From contig CDMY01000447.1 in the NCBI GenBank assembly GCA_001179505.1, positions 124,001-188,000 on the forward strand: a DNA stretch of 64,000 nucleotides, read 5' to 3'. The position numbers and the translations under genes were made by a program. The stretch is from Vitrella brassicaformis CCMP3155 (Eukaryota > Protista > Chromerida). Positions within the stretch are counted from its first letter, which is position 1, and the number at the start of each line of letters is the position of its first letter. Below, piece by piece: positions 1 through 11,191 of the stretch. The notes below the pieces were generated by a model that was not told where the DNA came from, ran no database searches, and saw only the letters and a list, made by a program, of their open reading frames with translations.

Positions 1-1
1 C

Positions 2-922
2 AACCCTCAGTCGCTGCCCAACAACCCCTGGTACAACCCACAGAGCTTCCCCGACGACCACGGCGCCGCCAGTGGGTCGTTCCCCCCTCTCAATGCTTCC
101 TCATCCTCCAACAAGCAGCAACAACAGCCGCATGAGGAAGGCAAGCCGGGCCCCTCCAGCCCTATGCACCGTGGCGCGCCCCCCGGGATGACGCCCTCCC
201 CTTCGCCGCCCAGCGTCAGCTTGTCGAGTGAGGGCGGCAAGGGCCCCGACTCAGACGCGTCTATCATGGATGCGCTTGCCAAGGTGTGTCCCCAGGTGTC
301 GCTGTTCGCCAAGAACAAGCCGCAGATGCAGCATGGGCCAGCGGGGAGCGATTCAATGGCGGGGGCGGGGGGCCCCGAGCCGCAGCCGCCAGGTGGTGGT
401 GGTGGTGGGTTTGGGATGGGCAGCCGGCCGTCTGCTTTCAACCCTTCTGCGCCGCCATTTGTATACGGCCGGTCGTCCCCCTCCCCCAATACAAATCCAC
501 ACGTGCCGTCGATCATCCGGCCGTACAATGACGACCAGAGCCACAAGCAGCCCGACTGGATGAAGCATGACCATCACCAGCAGCAGCGGCGCGACCACCA
601 CCACCAGCAGCAGCAGCAGAGGATGCCTCCCCGCGGGCAGCCGCAGCCGCCCCCGCCCCCTCCTACACATATTCCGCCAGTGCCCACAGTGCCCCCACCT
701 CGCCCGGATCAGCTGATGAATCAGCGGCAGATGCGCATGATGCACGGGTATGACGGCGGGTACGGGGGAGGTGACCCCCAGGGTGGGGGCATGTTTTCCG
801 GTGGCGGTGGTGGGTACGGCGGCATGTACGGCCAGATGGGGGGGCCATCAGCTGGGCTGAACCCTGCTGCATATCCTTTCGACCCACAGGCGGCCATGTG
901 GCAGCCTGGACAGAGACAGTGA
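2..922 (+). CDS. 3' part of a Pro/Gln/Gly-rich low-complexity protein with two PAM2-like motifs (5' end lies outside the window)
   Basis: The frame of ORF 164..922 is open back to base 2 (NPQSLPNNPWYNPQSFPDDH...). It contains SAFNPSAPPFV (431-463) and GLNPAAYPFDP (854-886), which match the PAM2 pattern LNxxAxxFxP. Stop TGA at 920-922. Confidence 0.75.
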   Translation, partial: NPQSLPNNPWYNPQSFPDDHGAASGSFPPLNASSSSNKQQQQPHEEGKPGPSSPMHRGAPPGMTPSPSPPSVSLSSEGGKGPDSDASIMDALAKVCPQVSLFAKNKPQMQHGPAGSDSMAGAGGPEPQPPGGGGGGFGMGSRPSAFNPSAPPFVYGRSSPSPNTNPHVPSIIRPYNDDQSHKQPDWMKHDHHQQQRRDHHHQQQQQRMPPRGQPQPPPPPPTHIPPVPTVPPPRPDQLMNQRQMRMMHGYDGGYGGGDPQGGGMFSGGGGGYGGMYGQMGGPSAGLNPAAYPFDPQAAMWQPGQRQ

Positions 923-2789
923 CTCAGGGAGGGAGGGAGGGAGGGATGACAGCCACGGAGAAGGGGAAAGGGGATGCCTGCGTGAGTGAGTGGGTGGGCG
1001 GGCGGATGGACACTTGGTAGCTTACGATCGTTAATTCAGTGTATGTGTCTGCCTGTGTGAGATTGGATAAGACAGAGGGGCGGGCGAGACGAGGCTCGGC
1101 GGCGTCGGGGCCGGGCCGAGCCAAACAAACCAACACGGGGTGGGAGGCCCGCCTGTCTGTCTGAGGGCGGGTGGGGTGGGGTGGGGTGGTATTTGTGTGG
1201 TGGATGGTTTGCCTCAAGTGCCTGACACAGACAGACAGACAGACAGACTCGCTTTTGATGTGCGTGTGTGTGAGAGAGAGAGAGATGGAGACCAGGGTGC
1301 GGCCGATGCATGCACGGATGGATGGATGTGTTTTCCCTCCCTCCCTCCCTCCCTGTCTTCCCTGTTCCCTCCCTTCCCCCTTCTCCCCTGCTTGCCATAC
1401 CGCCCCTCTTCCAATCAATCCATCATGCACTGTAATGTCCGCCCCGCCCGCAACGCACCCGTGGTTGATGGATGTTTTCGTGAGAGAGACAGCGTGTGAG
1501 AGTGGTGCATACCTACCTTACGTTTGCATACCATACCGTCCTTGCCTGTGCGCCATACCATACACCATGTGCGAGAGGGGGACAGAGAGACGGACGACTG
1601 ACTGACTGATTGACGTTTTTGACATGCATGCCCCCATGAGTGCTTTCTGCAGTGGCTGGCTGTCGGGCTGGTTGGCAGAATGAACGAGGCGACGGCCTGT
1701 CAAACCAGTGGATGCCGGGTCAGAGGAGATGGATTGAAGAGAAGACGCGTTTTCTTTGTCTGTCTCCCTTTCTCCCAGATATGTCCACACACCGGCCGGC
1801 CGGCCGATTGATTGAGTGTTTCCTGACGCCCATCCATCCATCCACGGGGGCAGGGAGAGAGTGAGAGTGAAAGTGAGAGGGTGGATGAGAACATGATGTG
1901 TACTGCTGTGACTGAGCGGCATCGGCTCTGGGGAATCGCACGGGGAACTCAGATGAGATGAGATGGCACTTGTGCTTGCATGAGTACATGATTACATCCA
2001 TCCACACGTGGTTGTTTTCCTCTTTTGTCTTCATGATGATCGATCCACCGATTGATTGATTGACTGACTGACTGATGGCCAGGCATCAGACACAGACAGA
2101 CAGACAGACAGGCAGCCATATGAGCTGCCCGTAAGTAAATGCATCTGTACTGACTACAGCCAGACCATGCCCCGCCCCTCCCCCTTCCCCAACCCCTCCC
2201 GTAGTCAATGGGGCATGGCACACACAACGCACACACGACGGACGCATGGATGACCACACGCACACGATGGCCGGACAGACACACACACATACATACGCAC
2301 ATCGATCGCATCACCCCTACACACAATTGAAGTGCATTGCATGGTGGGTGGATGAATGTGTTTAACAGACCAGAAGAAAGGGCGGAAGGGGCGAGGGAGG
2401 GAGGGAGAGCGAGCCACTTTCTATATCTCATTGAGTGTTTTCACCTGTGATGTGTTGTGCGTGTGGTGTGATGGGGCCCGGCTGGCTTGCGGTGAGGGTC
2501 CCATTTTTGAGTTGGTGCCTGACTGCATGCATGAATCTGGAATGGTCGTGCCCTGCATGCGCTGTGCTTCTATGGGAGGAGTGGGAATGTGGAAGGGTGC
2601 TTCTCAAAACCCTACAACCCCCAACCCTACACTGCAAGTCTTGAGCTCGATGGGCCAAGGAGAGCGTGCATCGTTCGTTTTGATTGTGCGCGAACTTGGC
2701 CGTCAGGCCGCCTAGGACATTCCGTGAAACTGCTCGCTCGCCGAGGAAGAAATCCGCGAGAAGCGAAGGATAGAGATCTGCGAATACCG

Positions 2790-4013
2790 ATGGCAGAAGA
2801 GTCCAGCAAGATGGCGCTGACAGACGAAACACAGACCACAAAGGGCAAACTGGTGCGCTCACACGAATGAGGAATCGCCCTGCTAGAGACAGTCCATCTT
2901 CCGGTGGCTGCGTGGATCTGTGTGTTTCAGGGCGTCCTTGCCTTCTGGAGATGGCCACTCCACTGGCAGGTCCGCGCGAGAGAGATACACACACCACTTC
3001 ACGCCCTGCAGATGGCAGAGATCGCTCTGTGTGTACTGTGTGTGTGCGTATGGTGTGTGCAGGCGCTGGGCGGCATCGTGATGGGTTTGGTGTTGGGCTA
3101 TTTGTCTGGCGGCGTGGGTTATGCCACATTCAAATCCACCAGATGGGACATGATCATCTACGACCTCATCGGGTGCGCAGAGACAGACAGATGCAATGCA
3201 GCCACGGGCATGACCATACCATCTCTCTCTATGGTGTGTGTGTGTGTGCAGAGATATGTTCCTGCAGGGTCTGAAGATGGTAGTGGTGCCTCTGGTGCTG
3301 ACAGCCATCGTCAACGCCACTGCTGGTATGGGTGACAGGGCCGGATTCGGTAGACTGGGGGGCAAGACCGTCCTCTTCTACCTCGTCACGTCACTCTGCT
3401 CCACTCTCATCGGCCTCGCCTTTGTCAACATCATCAAACCGGGTAAGGAAGCTCGCTGTGTACGGCCAGGCCACCCACACGCCTCAGTGTGTGAATGGGT
3501 GACCTGTCTGTCTGTGTTGTGTGCAGGCGAGGGCTCGGTGGGCACGACGGTCGACGAGACGCTCAAGTCCGTCGAGAATGAGGGCTCTGACGAGCAGGGC
3601 AACCTGCAGAAGATCGAGGAGCGCTCGGAGGGAAGGGGCGGGATCGAGTCGATCCTGACGGTCTTTCGAAACATGGTGCCCCCCAACATCTTCGCGGCGT
3701 TTGCCGAGGACCAGATGCTGGGCGTGATTGTGTTCGCCCTTCTGTTCAGCTATTACATGGCCCGCCTGCAGGGGGAGCAGAGACGGATCATGACGGTCAT
3801 CTGGGAAGGTGCGCCGGCACGTGGGAGGGACGGGCAAGGCAGGGCAGGGGAGGATGTGTGTGTTTGGGTGTGTGTATGTGTGTGTTCAGGCGCGTACAAC
3901 GTTATGCTGGGCATAGTTTTCTTCGTGCTGAATTTCCTGCCTTTGGGCGTCATGTGTCTGATCGCACAGAGCTTCGCCGACGCATTTGCGCAGGACAAGT
4001 AACCAACAATGGC

Positions 4014-4044
<31 letters not shown>

Positions 4045-4986
4045 GCATGCATCACCCTCCCCTCCATCCCTCCACACTTGTGTGTGTGTGTGTCAGCTTT
4101 GTGGAGCGCATGACGCAGCTGGGCCTGTTTGCCGTGACGTCTGTGTGTGCGCTGGCCACACACATCTTCATCCTCATGCCGCTCTTCCTGTTTGCTCTCG
4201 GACGCGTCAACCCTATCAGGTCACACACACAAAGCCACCCACACCGTCCATCCCACCCTACCTCGACGGTTCCATCTCATCTTTGCCCACACCACATGCT
4301 GTATGTAACACAACCCAGGCACTTCAACGCCGTGATGCCTGCGTTGCTGACGGCCTTCTCGACTGCGAGCAGCAGCGCCACCCTGCCCCTCACCATGAGC
4401 TGTGTGGAGCAGCGGGCTGGAGTCAGCAAGAGGATGGCCAACTTCGTCCTGCCTTTGGGTGCAACTGTTAACATGGACGGCAGTGCCCTCTATGAATGTG
4501 TCGTGGTGAGTGCAATTTAGTGTACAGATCACAGTTCTTGTGAGCGCTCGAGATGTTTGTTTGTGATGGTATGGCTGGGTGCGTCAGGTGATCTTCTTGG
4601 CTCAGTTCAGCGGTATTGAGCTCACCTTCACCAATCAGCTGATAGTGGTGATACTGGCCCTCCTGACGTCCATCGGCGTGGCGGGCATCCCGTCTGCGTC
4701 GCTGGTGGCCATTGTGGTCATCCTCAACGCTGTCAATGCCAACCTCCCCGGGGTGAGCAAGCCAAGTTCAGAGAGGGCACAACACAATCCGATTGACACA
4801 CACGACAACACCGCGCAGCGCAGGACACACTTGTCAATTATGCGCTTTGTGTGTATGTGTCGTCGCTTTGCCTGTGTCGCAGGGCCAGACGATTCCCCTG
4901 GAGACCCTTGCCGTCATCCTCATCATCGACCGACCACTGGTGAGCTCCTGAGCCTTCGCACCACGTCGCTCCTTCCACGATCCCAC

Positions 4987-5022
<36 letters not shown>

Positions 5023-5337
5023 CCATTAAAGGACATGTGCCGGACGGCTGTCAACGTCATGGGCGACACGGTGGGCACCATCCTCATCGCCCGGTCCGAG
5101 GGCGAGAAGCCGCTCACCAAGCACCCCGACGAGATGCAGAAGCTCTTCATGGAGAACTTCGCCATGCACGAGATGGAGCACGGAGCGGGCAAGGGTGGCG
5201 GGGAGGGTGGTGCCGACCAGCAGGGGCCGTCGTCTCAGGTGCAGACCAAGGAGAGCTCGGAGGTGCAGTCGACAGAGGAGGAGAACAACACCAACGGTGA
5301 CAGCGGCGAAGACGCCAAGGCACTCGCCGTGTGCTAG
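2790..5337 (+). CDS. Dicarboxylate/amino acid:cation symporter (DAACS/SDF, GltP/SLC1 family), multi-exon
   Basis: Spliced exons give [43 protein letters not shown] (HP1), [16 protein letters not shown] (TM7), [11 protein letters not shown] (HP2) and IIDRPL|[12 protein letters not shown] (TM8). Introns are GT-AG. Stop TAG at 5335-5337. Confidence 0.95.
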
Positions 5338-7036
5338 ATGGTTCGATGGATGGATGGATGGGGCGTGTGTGCATTGTATCTATCCATCTTGTCTGGCTGG
5401 GGTGTCTGTCTGTCTGTCTGTCTGTCGTGGAGTAAGTCGCTTACCAGTCAATGTTCGTCCGCTCGTACAATGTATTCATGTATATGTCGGGAGAGCGAGG
5501 GCGAGGGAGAGAGAAGCGAGGCGAGGATGTCGAATGAAGTTTTGCACGGACGCGCCCGGTGCATCCGTCTGTGTGGCGGTCGTACACCTCCTGTTGGTAA
5601 CGGATGGCGAGCAGTGTTTCCCCACGCTGCTCACCACCGGTTGCCAGCGGGGGAGTGACGAACTCAACACGACGGACACGGGGCGCAGCCCAGCACACGT
5701 CTGTGGCTCGTAAGATTGAGAGAGAAGGAGAAGAATGTTTTGCCTGCTTGCCTACAGTCAGTGAGTGTACATTGCCTGTAACAAACATCATTCGGGGGTG
5801 GGCCTGCACCGCGTCGTGTCGTGTCTTGTCTTGTCCTGATATGCCGTCTTTTATATACATGTGAGTCTGTCAGGTCGGTCATGTCATGTCATGTGTGTGT
5901 GTCCGTCTGTCTGTCTGTCTGTCTGGTGTGCGTACGGGAATATCCACACATACATATACACACATCGATCGATGCATATACACGTACTGACTGCATGGCA
6001 TGAATGCATTGTATGTGGGTGCGCTATGTGCATTGCCGAGTGGCTGGCTGACGAGTGGCTGACGGTAGTCACCCTCACCACATCGTCAGACAGCCACATA
6101 AGCGGCAACGGAGACGTTCCATGGATGGATGGATGGATGGGTGCGTGCATACCAACCCGGGCTGACCCACTCACTCAGTGCATTGCATTGCATTGCATTG
6201 CATGGCCATTCATTCGTTTCTCACGTGGCTGCATGTCATGTGTGAGCATGTGATGTGATGTGTATGTGTGCTTGTACGTGTGCCCACATGTATGTATGTA
6301 TTTATCTATCGCCTTTATGGGGGACAGCTGTCTGTCCTGTCGGCGCTCTCTCGTCGACACGTGACCTGACGTGGGTGTGGTGTGCAGAAGGACGGAAGTG
6401 GTTGGGGTGGGATGGGCTGAGTGAGTGCCTCTCTCTCGACTTGATTCACTGCTGGGCCTGCTGGCCGCCTGGGTGCACTTTTCGAAACGCAGGCAGGCAG
6501 GCAGGCAGGCAGGCAGACACAAGAGATGACGACTCTCTCACCCACTCACCCACTCAACTCACCGACGTTCAGCTGGCCGACAGGACTCCGCTACTTTTTG
6601 TCCTTCCATGGGTGCCTCTGCCGTGCCGTGGATGGATGCAAGTGCATGTCCGTGTGTGTGGGCATGCGTATGTATGTGTGTGAGAATGGTGGGTTTGTAT
6701 GGGTTTCATGCAGTGACATACCATTGCAATGCAGTGTGGTGGATACGACCGACCGACTTGTCATCTCCCCTGAACAGAACACGATCGCAATGGATGAATG
6801 AATGAGAAAGCCTTCTCGCCGTCAGCAGGGTTTCGGGTTTTAGGGTTTCGGGGAATTGTAGCTCGCATTCCGAACTCGTCGTGTTTTTGCTCAGGCGTCG
6901 CGTGTAGACTGTGCACGGTTTGATCAGTGATCTAGCATCGCTCAATTGCTGGATACGCTTCTTCGCCGAGACATCGATCCCTAACGTACGTCGGAGGGAG
7001 GCAGATGTTGCCGTGACGTGAGGCGCTGAGCTGACG

Positions 7037-10000
7037 ATGGAGCAGCCCAAGACAGCCATGAACCTGTCGGATCTCCTCACTCCCATATTCGACGACTTCG
7101 GTGAGGGAGGGACGGAGGGAGGGTGGGAGGGAGCCACACGCGACAGGACAAACAAGCACTCGTCAGGAGATATGGCTGTTTGGTATGGTGACGTGTGTGC
7201 GTGTGTGTGACAGAGCTGACGGAGGAGGAAAGATCGGAGATACAAGCCGGCCTGAGGAAGCTGTTCGTCAGGAACGTCGCATCGCTAGCCAAGGCTCACC
7301 CTGAGGACCTCACTGCCCACGGCCTGCCCATCGTGGTGGTCCGCGAGATGTGCAACCGAGCCAAGGACGCACTGGGCACCAGCTCACCCACTGCCGAGTC
7401 GACGCCTCGCGCAGGCGGGTCGACTCCCCCCGCCCAGTCCATCGCTTCCAGCAGTCAGCCCAGCGAGGCAGTGCCGAGCTTCATGTCTCAGCACGGAGCT
7501 GATGACAAGGAGCTGGGGAGGGGCGGCGGCGGTAAGGGGAGGGCGGGGTGGCCCGACCACGAGGACTACGGCCTGGAGGAACTCGCTGAAGCAAGTGAGA
7601 CTCCGAGAGAGAGGGCGCACTCTATCTGTCTGTGTCTGTATGATTGCCCCTGTCTGTCTGTCTGTCTGTCTGTGTCGACACAGCTGCGGCTCGTGTGCTG
7701 GACACCGGGGAGTGTTCAAACAAGGCCGCCCACCACCTGAGTACGTCGACCAACCACTCCACCACCGTCCCCCCGTCGCCCCACCAGGTCTCCATGTCCC
7801 ACCGGACGGCCACCATCATGCGGCCCAGAGTCAGCCTCCCCATGACCACACCGGGTGGCGGGGGGGACGTCTCGCCCCTCCGCAGACAGTCATTCCACTC
7901 GCCCTCGTCCAACATCGAACTGGGCTCCAACTTGCTCGAGGCCGACCGCGGCGCGCCCACCGCCCCTCTGTCGGCACCCGTGCTCTCCGAGCCGTCGACG
8001 ACTCACTCGACGTCGTATCTGCAGCCGCCCTCCCCGCCCGGCACGTCAAACACGGCCGTCACGACCACATCGTCATCGTTCCCCCTGATGCACGGTGGTG
8101 AGGCCAGCAGCTCTTCTGACGGCATGGTGGGCACGCCGGCCGTGGAGCCAGAGCACGACACCAACAGCATGGTGTCCCAATCGTACGGTGCCTTCCGGGG
8201 TGGCGGGCTGGGGCTGGGAGGGGGTCTGGGTGTGGTGGGGAAGCCGCACGGCACCCTCAGCTCGTCCAGCACCAGCACTGGCGGCGGGCTGTCGTGGGGC
8301 GCGGTGCCGCCGCCATCTGGCGCAGACGAGGACCACACACTGGCCCGGCTGCGCAACATGATGGCCTGGAGCAGCTCGTCCGTGACCAACGAGGGAGGGC
8401 AGCAGCAGGACACCACCGCCACCGCCACAGCCACGCCCACGACCAACCCCCCGGCATCTACCATGTTCAGCCCCACCGTCGGGCCCGGCACTGCGACATG
8501 CTGCACCGACCCTCACAGCCACGGCCAGATGCAGTCACTCACCTTGCCTGCTGTGAGCGACACCACCGGTGGTGACCAGCCCAACTACCCTCGGCCGGGC
8601 TCTGCCTTCAAGTCGTGGGACGACCTGTCTCTCTTCCAGAGCCAGGGCACCGGCGCGTCGGCCGCCATGGCTCAGCCGCAGGAGCAGGGCGGCAATGGGG
8701 GCAATGGGGAAGGGGGTGAAGGCGGGTCGCTGTCGGCTCTCGCTGGGCTGCTAGGCAACCTCGACCGTGACCAGCTCGCCAGGCTTCACGAACTCAAGAA
8801 CCAGCTCTCACAGCAACCCCACCAGCAGCAGCCGGATACCACCACGAGAAGCAACGCCGGCAGCGAGAGCGAGGAGCAGCGTGGCGGCCCCGCCAGCACT
8901 GGCCCTCCGCCGCCCCCGCCGCCCCAGCAGCAGCAGCAGCAGCAGCAGACAGGCGAGGGCGGCCAGACCCAGAGCATGACGGCGGCCAACCTCATTGGCG
9001 CACTCGCCACTCTGGCCAAGACCAACCCCAACTTGCAGAGCCTGCTGACGGGTCTGCAGACACAGCAGGCCGCCGGGCCACCAGCGCCCCCAGCAGAAAC
9101 CAGCCAGACCATCCAGCAGGGCGGGGTCTCGCTGACAATCACGCGCAGCAACGACCAACAGCAGCAGCAGCAGCAGCAGGCACAGCAGCCGCAACCGAGT
9201 GGTGTGAGCGCTCTGCAGCAGCAGGGGAGTTCGAGTAGCCTGAATGCGAGTGCGCCTAGCTATGCGCCCCAGCCGCTGCCGAGTGCGTATGCGGGTGGTC
9301 TGGTACCGCAGCCGCAGCAGGCCATGCAGCAGCAGCAGCCCAACGACGACAAAGTCATCATCACCTCACCTGACGAGGGTACGGGTCGTGTACCTACCTG
9401 ACCTACCTGTGGGGACGTCAGTCACGGCACACAAGAGGAGACGTCAATGCAATGCATATGCCGTCTTGTTTGTGTCTTCTTGTCTTCTTGCGATCAGTTC
9501 GTTGGCACCCCCCCTTGGCGTGGGTGCATCCGGTGATCCGCTGGCTCAGACGACACAACCTCTGCAGCTGGGTGCAGGTGCGGACGGAGAGACACTCACA
9601 GCTGGCCATGCAGTGCAGGCATTACTAGTCACACCACCTCACTGATTCCTGTGTGTGCCTTGTCTGTCTGTTCGGTGTGTGTTCAGCCCCTTGCCCCGTC
9701 CGGGCGCCCTCTCGGGCAGAACTTCCTGTTGCAGGTCATACGCGCCGTCGAGCACCCAACATACTCGAGGGGATTCCAAGTCGTCGCCAGGAGGCTGCCG
9801 GGCAAACAGAAACAGGTCAGGCGAACCGCACTATACACCTGCCAACACTGATGGGATCAGTAGAGCGACCAACCTGTGTGTGTGTGTGTGTGGGTGTCTG
9901 GTGCAGACGTTGTTGGTGTACACTACGTTAAGTCGCGAGGCGCTGGAGGTCATATGCAATGCCCTGCAGGAAGAGATATCCGATGCGGCAAAGTGAGCCA

Positions 10001-11191
10001 CCAAACACCATTCCAACACCATTCTCGCGTCTCATCATGTCTTTCTGCTTGTGGTGGTGTCATGTCAGGGCTGGTTTGATTCCCGAGGGGTGGGGCAAGG
10101 CCGGTCAGAACGAGCCGCCCCCCGGTCTGGAGGACCTTCCGGGCACCTCTCACGGCGGACAGGGCCACGGCTCGTGGTGGGTGGACTCGCTATACAACGT
10201 CCTCGAGAGACGCCTGTCAGTCTGCCGCGTCAACAACAACGGCGAGGCCCAGCCGACCGCCTCCCACTATGCCCCTCAGGGCCCCCAGCCAATGCCCCGC
10301 CAGCCCGTCCCCTCCCCTCCCACAAACTACGCTCACATGCATCAGCAGCAGCAGCAGCAGCAGCCGCCCCCCTACCAGGCCGCCCAGCCGGCTCCCCCTC
10401 CCGGGCCCTACCCCAATCCCTACGCCGCCAACGCCATGCACCCGACCACCATGACGAGCCAAAACGGCAATGTGTCGATCAACCTGGACCTGGTGGCTGC
10501 TCTCGGCGGCCTGAGCAACATCACGGGCGCCGGCGTGGGCAGCTACCTGTCCCCCGGGATGGCGTCGCGCGCCGCGGCGGCCATGGCGCGAAAGGACCAG
10601 GACAACAACCCGGAGATCCCTTTGTGCCAGCGGTACCAGCGGGGCGTGTGTCGGTCCAAGGTGTGCAAGTACCGACACAGGTGCGGCAGCTGCTCTGGCG
10701 CACACCCGCAGAAGAACTGCCCCCGCAACCCGGCCCCGCTGTCGGCCCAGGCCGGCTACCCCTCGCCGTCGATGCAGTCGTCCGGCACGCAGCCCGACAC
10801 GCCGAGCGAGGGGTCGTCGCCCACCAACTCGGCCTCGCACATTCCGTCGATCCAGGGCATGATGGGCCAGTCCCCCATGGCACCGCTGCTCGCCAGCCAC
10901 CCGCTGCCGCCACCCATGGCCGGTGGTCTCCCGCAGGCACACCAGCAGCAGTACCTCCAGGGCCTCGTTGAGAGTGTGGGCCTGCCCCCGCCCCCGCAGC
11001 CATTCCAGCAGCAGCCACAGCACCAGCATCCACAGGCGTACCAGCAGCTACAGCTGCAGCAACAGCAACAGCAGCAGCCCCCTGCGTACCAGTCCCAGCA
11101 GCAGCAGCAGCCACAGCCCCAGCCCTACCAGCCACCGGCACAGCCGTACCCCACTCTGCAGGGGCAGCAGCCGCCTCCTTTCGGCTTGTGA
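7037..11191 (+). CDS. Large Q/P/S-rich protein with an N-terminal HhH/SAM-like helical segment, a PAM2-like motif and a C-terminal CCCH+CCHC zinc-finger pair; probable RNA-binding protein
   Basis: ATG at 7037; exon 1 ends at 7100 and splices to 7214 (ELTEEERSEIQAGLRKLF...). Long coding exons correspond to ORFs 7644..9401 and 9959..11191. Motifs: SLNASAPSYAP (~9237-9270) and CQRYQRGVCRSKVCKYRHRCGSCSGAHPQKNC (10625-10720). Confidence 0.8.
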
